Notes under the pieces: model-generated
The model's database searches: none
The model's input: the letters and a program-made list of their open reading frames with translations, nothing else
Told to the model about the DNA's origin: nothing
Virus record (IMG/VR): IMGVR_UViG_3300025288_000092
Span: 1 to 27,367 of that record
DNA length: 27,367 nt
Source of the DNA: a virus
Taxonomy: Duplodnaviria > Caudoviricetes
Reading direction: 5' to 3' (one strand)
Made by a program: the position numbers and the translations under genes
Shown here: positions 1 through 6,589 of the stretch, in pieces
Layout of the letters: each line of letters begins with the position of its first letter
How positions within the stretch are numbered: position 1 is the stretch's first letter

Positions 1-773
1 AGCCCAAGATAATTCCCGAAACCGAGGCTATGAACCATGGCTGTCACTGCGCAAAGAAGTTCCGCTGGAAGTTCTTTTGTTGGCTTTTTTGGGCGTTGTA
101 TTAGCGCAGGTGCGCGTGCTGATACCTTTTCACCTGCTGCTGCACGTTCGATCAACTCAGCGCGTTCTGGTGCATCCAGCTTGGCTAGGGCATCAAGCTC
201 CACGCCGCTATCCAGGCTGGTGTTGACAACTTTGGCAAGGGCTTCGTCACCCAGGGCATCGGCTCGGGCAATGTGGCGATTGATAGCCTGCTTGGTCATT
301 CCGGTGGCTTCGGCGGTTGATGCTGCAAAGCCCTTAGTTTGCAAAGGTGGTGATGCGTAGCCAATTACAGGTGGAACAACTGATTCCACCTGAATTTCAG
401 GATGCAGCGCCTCCCAAATCTGCTTGCGACGTTTCGAGAAGGCTGTACGCTGTGCTGCCGTCAATTCAGCCCGGCACAGGTTCTCGTCAATCTCGATCAG
501 CTCAGATTGAAGGTGGCTTGAATCTTCAATGACAATCGCATCAATTTCAGTCCAGCCCAGCGCACGGCACGCGGCCACACGATGATGCCCAGCCACAATC
601 TTCCATCCCTTTTCGGCAATGTTATTTACTACAACAGATTCACGAACGGTGATTGGCTGGATAAGCCCAACTTCTTTGATGCTGGATGCCAGCTTATCAA
701 CCTCAAGCGTGATCAGTGGTCGCGGCTGGCTGCTGGCGACAATGTGGCTCAATGGAATTCGTTGTAATTTCAT
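1..773 (-). CDS. ParB N-terminal (ParB/Srx fold) + HTH protein, 3'-truncated by the window edge (ParB-1)
   Basis: Not in the ORF track. Hand translation from ATG 773 (ATGA overlap with the upstream stop) is open to the edge: MKLQRIPLSHIVASSQPRPL..LASSIKEVGLIQPITVR..KIVAGHHRVAACRALGWTEIDA..EIDENLCRAEL..AASTAEATGMTKQAINRHIARA. Contains GLIQPI, GxxRxxA and ENxxR motifs and an HTH. Confidence 0.88.
   Translation of the reverse strand, partial: MKLQRIPLSHIVASSQPRPLITLEVDKLASSIKEVGLIQPITVRESVVVNNIAEKGWKIVAGHHRVAACRALGWTEIDAIVIEDSSHLQSELIEIDENLCRAELTAAQRTAFSKRRKQIWEALHPEIQVESVVPPVIGYASPPLQTKGFAASTAEATGMTKQAINRHIARADALGDEALAKVVNTSLDSGVELDALAKLDAPERAELIERAAAGEKVSARAPALIQRPKKPTKELPAELLCAVTAMVHSLGFGNYLG
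368..392. repeat. Intragenic inverted repeat CAGGTGGAA-N7-TTCCACCTG in ParB-1
   Basis: Perfect 9-bp arms at 368-376 and 384-392, extendable by AATT with one bulge. Confidence 0.85.
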
Positions 774-1735
774 TTTGCATTTTTCCCATTAAGCGGCGTG
801 CCCCAAAGCGTCAATGTTGCACCTGTGACGCATCTGATGATTGACAGGTTTCTGCCCTCGCACCAGGCATTCCAGGCAAGCGCTGGCTGTTGAACTTTTT
901 GCCGAATGTTTCCAGAATTCTTGTAGCGGATAAGCAGGTCTGAAATTAATGTGGCACGCGGGTCGTTTTTCCGAAGACCATCGTTTTCAGCTATGCCTGT
1001 CCAGAACTCTTTTGCTTTTGCTGGCTGGTGGCGTAGTGTGTAAAGCGCCACAGCCACAATGCCTGTTCCACGCATACAGTCAATGAAGCCTTTTTTTGAC
1101 TTCTTGATGATTTGCTCATAGATTGCAGCCTCGTCTGCCCACTCTTTAATGACTGCAAGTCGGTTGTTTTGGAAGAACAACTCAGGATATTTTTTTGTAT
1201 TGGCAGAGCCTGACATCGGCTCAAGGTTGTTCAGTAATAGAGTTGCCGCATCAAACACAACATTGGTCATCTTGCGGGACAAGCCAACTTCATCAGCAAC
1301 TCCCATCGCATCAATGATTTGCCTGTTTGTCCGCACAGAGCTTTTCTGGTCATACCCGGCAAAAATCTTCTTTGCCTCTTGCAAACTTTCGACTGGTATG
1401 ATGCGCATGGTGACATCAATTGGTACTTGCTGTTTGGAAATTGCAGTGAGTCTGTTTTGCCCATCTACAAGCCAAATCTGACCGCTCGGTAGTTCCACAA
1501 AGTCAATTGGGAAAGAACCAATCCAATCGCCAGTGATGATCTTTCGCTCATGCCCATAAACACGAGCAGAATCAATAACCCTTTGATTTGGGAAATTGTT
1601 TAATTCAACCAATATCCTTAAAGCTGTACCAGGAGACAGATGGACAAGGCCAGATTTTGATTTGGCTACAACGGATTTAAGGATGTACTCCATCGATCCA
1701 GGTTGCCCATAGTTGATTTGTTGCTGCTTTTGCAT
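770..1735 (-). CDS. ParB/Srx-fold protein with DGQ(N/H)R motif (partner of ParB-1)
   Basis: NQR..V.GH..I..G.W..PI.F..GQIWLVDGQNRLTAI motif. Start moved to ATG 1735 because AAGGA SD lies at 1743-1747; the ORF track starts at TTG 1774. Confidence 0.75.
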   Translation of the reverse strand: MQKQQQINYGQPGSMEYILKSVVAKSKSGLVHLSPGTALRILVELNNFPNQRVIDSARVYGHERKIITGDWIGSFPIDFVELPSGQIWLVDGQNRLTAISKQQVPIDVTMRIIPVESLQEAKKIFAGYDQKSSVRTNRQIIDAMGVADEVGLSRKMTNVVFDAATLLLNNLEPMSGSANTKKYPELFFQNNRLAVIKEWADEAAIYEQIIKKSKKGFIDCMRGTGIVAVALYTLRHQPAKAKEFWTGIAENDGLRKNDPRATLISDLLIRYKNSGNIRQKVQQPALAWNAWCEGRNLSIIRCVTGATLTLWGTPLNGKNAK

Positions 1736-1762
1736 TAGAATTTCCTTGCTTTCATTGAAACT

Positions 1763-1788
1763 GCCCTGCGTCAACAGGGCTTTTTTTT
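1763..1788 (+). terminator. Intrinsic terminator-like hairpin, antisense to the leftward operon
   Basis: GCCCTG-cgtcaa-CAGGGC followed by T8 on the + strand. Confidence 0.6.
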
Positions 1789-1817
1789 GGCCGAAAAAAG
1801 CGCGGCCAAACCGCTAT

Positions 1818-1997
1818 TCATACCCCGCCCCTCAAAATCTGTTTTGTTTTGTCGCGATCCGCCTGAGTGATCATCGGCGGGCAGAAGTAGTGGTTGGTCT
1901 TGGGTGCGTGGTTTTTTAAAAGCGCCCTGATTCGAGCCACGTTTGCGGTATTGCCCTTGGCCATTTGCTCAGACACAGAGGCGTGTTTGCTATTCAT
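1818..1997 (-). CDS. Small hypothetical phage protein
   Basis: 59 aa from ATG 1997 (MNSKHASV..), overlapping the stop of the upstream gene, with GAGG upstream. Confidence 0.6.
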   Translation of the reverse strand: MNSKHASVSEQMAKGNTANVARIRALLKNHAPKTNHYFCPPMITQADRDKTKQILRGGV

Positions 1998-2199
1998 TCC
2001 CGTCCTCACGGAGTAGGTAAGGATTGCCCTTGAGAGTACGGGCGAGCATCATTTGCTTATGTGCCACTTTTCTTACCTCCGCATCCAACACCTTAATGAC
2101 GTAAGTGTTGCGATCCATGCCCTCGCTCATAGCGATAGCGTCCAGCGCCTGAGCCAATTCGCTTGGGCACAGGCCGCGCAATTCTGTTTTGTCGCTCAT
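1990..2199 (-). CDS. Ribbon-helix-helix-like regulator in the cII position
   Basis: TELRGLCPSELAQALDAIAMSEGMDRNTYVIKVL fits a beta-alpha-alpha RHH pattern. ATGA-coupled to cro. Confidence 0.65.
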   Translation of the reverse strand: MSDKTELRGLCPSELAQALDAIAMSEGMDRNTYVIKVLDAEVRKVAHKQMMLARTLKGNPYLLREDGNE

Positions 2200-2402
2200 G
2201 ATGTGGCCTTTTCTATTTCAGAAAGATGCGGTGCAAAAAGCTTCACCGTTTCAATGCCAGGGTTAAGGGTCTCACCGGCTCTGATCTTCCAGAGCGTTGT
2301 GAAGGGGACTGTTGACAGGCGTGAAAGCTCTTGCATATCAGCGTGCCCAAGCGCTTCAAGCTTTGTCTTGAAGTCCAATGCGAGTGGGATTGATGTTTTC
2401 AT
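2196..2402 (-). CDS. cro: Cro-like HTH regulator
   Basis: MQELSRLSTVPFTTLWKIRAGETLNPGIETV is an XRE HTH. Divergent from the repressor. ATG 2402 lies just downstream of the -10 box. Confidence 0.8.
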   Translation of the reverse strand: MKTSIPLALDFKTKLEALGHADMQELSRLSTVPFTTLWKIRAGETLNPGIETVKLFAPHLSEIEKATS

Positions 2403-2409
2403 GCCCCAT

Positions 2410-2450
2410 ATCATACCGCATACGGTAGGCATGTAAACCCCATTCGGTAG
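2410..2450 (-). promoter_or_regulatory. pR-like promoter with two operators
   Basis: On the - strand: TTTACA (2437-2432)-16 bp-TATGAT (2415-2410). Palindromic TACCG-N4-CGGTA at 2414-2427 and a variant at 2436-2449. Confidence 0.75.
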
Positions 2451-2455
2451 CTGTA

Positions 2456-2953
2456 ATGAACTATCTTTTAGGGATGGCTAAAAATAACTGGAAAAAAGTA
2501 CTCTGGGTAAACATCCAAAGTCGAATGAACACGCTTTACGGCAAAGAAAATTTGACGAGGCTAATCAAAGAAGCCCACGTCGGCCCCGGTACGGTTACGC
2601 GCATAAAAGAACAAGAGACAAGCGTTGGAGTTGATGTGATTGAGAAGGTGGCTACAGCGCTTAAAGTTGAGCCATGGCAACTTATGCACCCTACGCTTGG
2701 AGAAACTTTTGAATCAAATCAGCCTTTAGCCCTTATAGATAAAGCGCAAGCAGCTACAAATAACATAGCAATTGATGTGGCGCTAAAGGTGTTGTCAGCG
2801 GCGCTTGAGCAGGCAAACCCAGCTTTGCGTGACGCACTGGCGGGTATGTTGTCATCGCTTGCAAAGACCCCCGCACAGCCTGAACTTTTGGAGGCTTTGA
2901 CAAAAATGTTGTCGCATGCAGCATTTGTCCAAGATCAGAAAAAAGTCGCATAG
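2456..2953 (+). CDS. CI-like XRE-family phage repressor lacking a recognisable S24 peptidase domain
   Basis: LTRLIKEAHVGPGTVTRIKEQETSVGVDVIEKVATALKVEPWQL HTH, located between divergent operator sets. Alternative start at 2474. Confidence 0.82.
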   Translation: MNYLLGMAKNNWKKVLWVNIQSRMNTLYGKENLTRLIKEAHVGPGTVTRIKEQETSVGVDVIEKVATALKVEPWQLMHPTLGETFESNQPLALIDKAQAATNNIAIDVALKVLSAALEQANPALRDALAGMLSSLAKTPAQPELLEALTKMLSHAAFVQDQKKVA

Positions 2954-2992
2954 TGGCGCGCCACCGACCTTACTTGATATGGGTAAACCCGC

Positions 2993-3016
2993 AAATCCCC
3001 TATTTGGGGGATTTTT
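2993..3016 (+). terminator. Hairpin/terminator after the repressor gene
   Basis: AAATCCCC-tatttg-GGGGATTT-TT. Confidence 0.5.
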
Positions 3017-3046
3017 ACAAGTAAATTAAGCCAAACCAGCCACCCA

Positions 3047-3071
3047 GAGCCCGCACTAAGCGGGTTTTTTT
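3047..3071 (+). terminator. Intrinsic terminator after the repressor gene
   Basis: GAGCCCGC-actaa-GCGGG followed by T7. Confidence 0.75.
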
Positions 3072-3122
3072 ACGCCTGTTTACAGCTGATTCAAACTTTT
3101 TTGTTATTTTTTGAAAATAAAT

Positions 3123-3162
3123 CTACCGAATGCGGTTTTTAGTCTACCGAATGCGGTATGAT
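3123..3162 (+). promoter_or_regulatory. pL-like promoter with two operators
   Basis: CTACCGAATGCGGT occurs twice (3123 and 3144), the second overlapping a TATGAT -10 box (3157-3162). Nearly identical to the reverse complement of 2410-2450. The -35 box is weak. Confidence 0.75.
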
Positions 3163-3168
3163 TCGTCC

Positions 3169-3426
3169 ATCGCACAAGATCACTGAAGCGACAGGCAGCA
3201 AAAAAGCCGCACCGGGGCGAACCAACCGGGCTAACAAATAGGTTACCGCTTAGATGCAACTCAGGCCACGGGTTGCGGAGCGAGGTGGAACAACCCGCAG
3301 CGTCTAAATGACCCTCGGTGAGGCATCGACTGGCCAAGAAAAAAAATCAGTCGTGAAACACAAATCTCGTGATAGGTGATTTGTGTTTATCTATTACTAA
3401 CCAGCCTGCATCACGCAGGCTTTTTT
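3169..3426 (+). ncRNA. Putative structured leader RNA of the rightward early operon
   Basis: No credible ORF. Nested stems 3241-3313, hairpins 3327-3353 and 3356-3388, ending in a terminator. Confidence 0.4.
3403..3426 (+). terminator. tL1-like intrinsic terminator
   Basis: AGCCTGC-atcac-GCAGGC followed by T6. Confidence 0.75.
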
Positions 3427-3448
3427 ACACACCAAAGAAAGGCATGCC

Positions 3449-3874
3449 ATGAATCAAAACGTAGAACCCGTTGATATGGTCGCTCTTGCAAAGCGACTCT
3501 GCAGCAGCTGTGTCCCAGGACGCGACTTTTCAGAGATGCCAAAAAAGATCACAAAGGCAGTGATCAACAGCGACGACACCCTGGGCTTGTACCAATACCA
3601 ATTTACAGGCCATGAAGGCTTGAAGCTTGACTGTTACCTCGAATACGAGGCAGAGCACGATGGCGGCACTGGCCCGGGTAGTGAAGAGAGCTGGCCTGAA
3701 TCAATCACGCTGTTTTATGCCTTGCATAAGGGTGAAGACATCAGCGAAGTGCTGTCGGATGATGTTCGGTCAACGATTGAAACCGAGGCGCTGGCGGATA
3801 TGAATAAGCAAGCCAAAGAAGACAGCGACGACGCTCGGATTTATGTCTACATCGACCGCGTGGAGGCAGCATGA
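3449..3874 (+). CDS. Acidic hypothetical phage protein
   Basis: 141-aa ORF with AAAGG SD; first gene of the operon; ATGA-coupled to the next ORF. Confidence 0.75.
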   Translation: MNQNVEPVDMVALAKRLCSSCVPGRDFSEMPKKITKAVINSDDTLGLYQYQFTGHEGLKLDCYLEYEAEHDGGTGPGSEESWPESITLFYALHKGEDISEVLSDDVRSTIETEALADMNKQAKEDSDDARIYVYIDRVEAA

Positions 3875-4041
3875 ACGGATGGCCTACCACCAGGTGCTAC
3901 CCACGCACATTGAGCGAAGCATTCCCAAGTGGCACTGAGTATGCAAACGCCATTGAGCACACACGCCGCTATGACGCAAGCGGCCGGCTGATTATTGCAA
4001 TTGCAATAGTCGTTCTTTCTTTTGCGTGGGTGATCTCGTGA
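3871..4041 (+). CDS. Small protein with C-terminal transmembrane segment (56 aa)
   Basis: Hand translation MNGWPTTRCYPRTLSEAFPSGTEYANAIEH..LIIAIAIVVLSFAWVIS. GGAGG SD and ATGA overlap. Below the ORF-track cutoff. Confidence 0.7.
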   Translation: MNGWPTTRCYPRTLSEAFPSGTEYANAIEHTRRYDASGRLIIAIAIVVLSFAWVIS

Positions 4042-4085
4042 AAAAAAGATGGCGCAAATTACACCCGCAATCCCAAGGAAACCTA

Positions 4086-4922
4086 ATGAATGAAATAAGC
4101 GTTGAAAGTATTGTTGTTGAAAACAGATTCAGAAAAGACATGGGGGACATTTCAAAACTAAAACATAGTATTGAATCCCTTGGGTTGCTTCAGCCAATTG
4201 GCATTGACTGCAACAGAAAACTTGTTTTTGGCGGCAGGCGATTAGAGGCTGTAAAGCAACTTGGATGGAAAGTCATTTCTGCCAAGGTTATTGATTGTGA
4301 CGCACTCATTGCAGAGCATGACGAAAACGAGATGCACAAAGCATTCCTTGTATCTGAGCAAGTCGCCATTGCGGAGGCTATTGCGAAGAAACTGGGGTCG
4401 CGTCACGGGCAACGAACTGACTTGTCAACTTATGGAAATATTTCCATAAGTGAAACAGGTGCCACCCGCGACCTAGCCGCCTCCAAAGCAGGGCTAGGTT
4501 CTGGCAAGACGCTAGAGGCAGCACAGGTGGTTATTGCAAAAGGTGCGCCGGAGCTTATCGATGCGATGGATGCAAATTATGTTTCTATTCATGCCGCAAA
4601 ACACATTGCAGAACTTCCAAAAGACGAACAGGCAGCCATCAACTATGCCGACAAAAAGGAGGTAAAAAATGCCAGCAACAAAGTTTATATGCGGAAAAAA
4701 ATTCGCACAAACAATAAGGTAGAAAGTGAAGAGCCAGTTAAATCAAAGCCAGATATGAAGCGGCTGTACGAAGAAGGTTCTTCATTATCTGCATGGGTTC
4801 TTGCACACAAAGCGACAACGGCAATTTCACAAATAGGGCGACTCGACCCAAATGCTATCGCTGCAATCGAAAGCATTCAGGACGCACTAAACAAGCAACT
4901 TAACGAAATCACTAAAGGTTAA
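4086..4922 (+). CDS. ParB N-terminal + HTH protein (ParB-2)
   Basis: RFRKDMGDISKLKHSIESLGLLQPIGID..LVFGGRRLEAVKQLGW..EHDEN..GQRTDL..RDLAASKAGLGSGKTL. AAGGA SD supports ATG 4086. Confidence 0.88.
   Translation: MNEISVESIVVENRFRKDMGDISKLKHSIESLGLLQPIGIDCNRKLVFGGRRLEAVKQLGWKVISAKVIDCDALIAEHDENEMHKAFLVSEQVAIAEAIAKKLGSRHGQRTDLSTYGNISISETGATRDLAASKAGLGSGKTLEAAQVVIAKGAPELIDAMDANYVSIHAAKHIAELPKDEQAAINYADKKEVKNASNKVYMRKKIRTNNKVESEEPVKSKPDMKRLYEEGSSLSAWVLAHKATTAISQIGRLDPNAIAAIESIQDALNKQLNEITKG
4428..4451. repeat. Perfect 24-bp palindrome ACTTATGGAAATATTTCCATAAGT inside ParB-2
   Basis: The sequence equals its own reverse complement over 24 bp. Confidence 0.92.
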
Positions 4923-4926
4923 TGAT

Positions 4927-5727
4927 ATGGAAAAGATTTTACTTCAACACACAAGCGACCTATCTATCTTTGATATGGATGACACAAATCGCGTCGTTTC
5001 TGGGCCTCATGGATTTACCCCTCGTAAAGACTTGGTTTTGTCAATGAAGCGAGATGGGTTCAGGCCATCGCAACCAATTAGCTGCTCACGCGAATTGGGC
5101 GGGAGATTAAAAATATTTGATGGGCACAACAGATTTGTTGTTGCTCGCTATCTTGGAATTCCCGTGTACTACATGGCCTATCCAAAAGCGCACGCCATAA
5201 GCCCACTTGATTATTCGAAAGGGCAAAAAGTATGGTCGCTAAAAAACAAAATGGAAGCGATAGCAAATACAAATCAAGAGTACGCAGAGGTATTGGCTTT
5301 TTCAGAAAGAACGGGAATACCTGCACGGTGCTGTTTTTCGATGTTTGCCGGGCAACTTGCTGGATCAAATAACTTTAGAGGCAATTCTGAATCTGAATTC
5401 AAAATCAAAGATCGTATATCTGCCTCAAAGGTTGCTCGGATTTTTGCTGAAGTAAAAAAACATTGCCCAAAAGCAGCATCTATAAATTTTGTAATTGCAG
5501 TTGGTAAAGCTATATATGCAGAAGGCTTTAATGTTGATCGAATGGTGGAACGTATTTCAAAAAACACAGAACTTGTAAAGCCGTGTCGATCTGCTGAAGA
5601 TTACATTGATCTTCTTGAGTTTATTTACAACAGAAACCTAAAAGTAGACAAGCTCTATTTAAAAATGGAAATCGAAAAGGCAATGAATCTGCGTTCATTT
5701 GTTGGAAAAGTTAAATGCGCAAACTGA
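4927..5727 (+). CDS. ParB/Srx-fold protein with DGHNR motif (partner of ParB-2)
   Basis: NR..LVLSMKRDGF..QPISC..LKIFDGHNRFVVARYLGIPVYY. Starts 4 bp after the ParB-2 stop; AT-rich. Confidence 0.75.
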   Translation: MEKILLQHTSDLSIFDMDDTNRVVSGPHGFTPRKDLVLSMKRDGFRPSQPISCSRELGGRLKIFDGHNRFVVARYLGIPVYYMAYPKAHAISPLDYSKGQKVWSLKNKMEAIANTNQEYAEVLAFSERTGIPARCCFSMFAGQLAGSNNFRGNSESEFKIKDRISASKVARIFAEVKKHCPKAASINFVIAVGKAIYAEGFNVDRMVERISKNTELVKPCRSAEDYIDLLEFIYNRNLKVDKLYLKMEIEKAMNLRSFVGKVKCAN

Positions 5728-5833
5728 AAGATTTTGTAAGCCTTTACCGGCTTTACCGCAAGCACCACGGGAGCGGATATGCGCTGCAAAGGGCTTGGTA
5801 TATCTGTTTTAAATTTTAATCAAGGAGAACATC

Positions 5834-6589
5834 ATGAGCAACGCACTGGCAACCCTGACTAGCAACCTGGCCAAACAATTCAACATGGGCGATGGCTCCG
5901 ACCTCGCCAACACCCTCAAGGCAACCTGCTTCAAGGGCGGCATACAGGTGACAGACGCGCAAATGACGGCCCTGCTTGTTGTTGCGCAACAGTACACGCT
6001 GAACCCTTTTACCAAGGAAATTTATGCCTTCCCCGACAAAGGTGGCATCGTGCCGGTGGTTGGGGTAGATGGCTGGGCGCGCATCATCAATTCGCACCCG
6101 CAGTTTGACGGGATGGACTTCGAGCAGGACGCTGATAGCTGCACCTGCACCATTTACCGCAAAGACCGTAGCCACCCGACCAAAGTGACCGAATGGATGG
6201 CCGAATGCAAGCGCCTCAATGTCGGGCCGTGGCAGTCGCACCCTTACCGAATGTTGCGCCACAAGGCCATGATTCAGGCCGCACGCCTGGCATTCGGCTT
6301 TGTCGGCATCTATGAGCAGGACGAGGCCGAGCGGATTCTTGAATCAACCTCGATGCACCCAAAGCACATCGACCCGGCAACCGGCGAAATCAAACCCAAA
6401 GAGTTGCCGCCCTACTCTGATGCCGACTTCGAAAAAAACCTGCCCGCTTGGCAGCGTTTGATTGAGTCCGGACGCAAGACGGCAGGGGAAATTATTTTCA
6501 CCGTGGACAGCAAAGCTGTGATGAGTGAAGAGCAGAAGGCCATGGTCATGGCCACAACCAACACTATCGGAATGGAGGAAACAGCATGA
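5834..6589 (+). CDS. bet: Phage recombination protein Bet (Red-beta single-strand annealing protein)
   Basis: LNPFTKEIYAFPDKGGIVPVVGVDGWARIIN and GPWQSHPYRMLRHKAMIQAARLAFGF are lambda Bet signatures. AAGGAG SD. Confidence 0.93.
   Translation: MSNALATLTSNLAKQFNMGDGSDLANTLKATCFKGGIQVTDAQMTALLVVAQQYTLNPFTKEIYAFPDKGGIVPVVGVDGWARIINSHPQFDGMDFEQDADSCTCTIYRKDRSHPTKVTEWMAECKRLNVGPWQSHPYRMLRHKAMIQAARLAFGFVGIYEQDEAERILESTSMHPKHIDPATGEIKPKELPPYSDADFEKNLPAWQRLIESGRKTAGEIIFTVDSKAVMSEEQKAMVMATTNTIGMEETA

Noticed and set aside
37-767. Three + strand ORFs (37..360, 347..532, 582..767)
   Set aside because: They are antisense shadows of the - strand ParB-1 gene, which has clear motifs and translational coupling.
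1763-1806. Lambda nut site (boxA/boxB-like GCCCTG..CAGGGC on the - strand)
   Set aside because: The loop is not GNRA-like, the boxA match is poor and no N-like gene is seen; a + strand terminator explains the sequence better.
4026-4085. GTG 4026 as the ParB-2 start
   Set aside because: It overlaps the 3871..4041 ORF and lacks an SD, whereas ATG 4086 has AAGGA and begins at the domain boundary.
1-5727. Canonical parABS partition or Dnd phosphorothioation locus
   Set aside because: No Walker-A ParA, no canonical TGTTTCACGTGAAACA parS and no dndCDE genes in the window; only the ParB/DGQHR-like motifs are shared.
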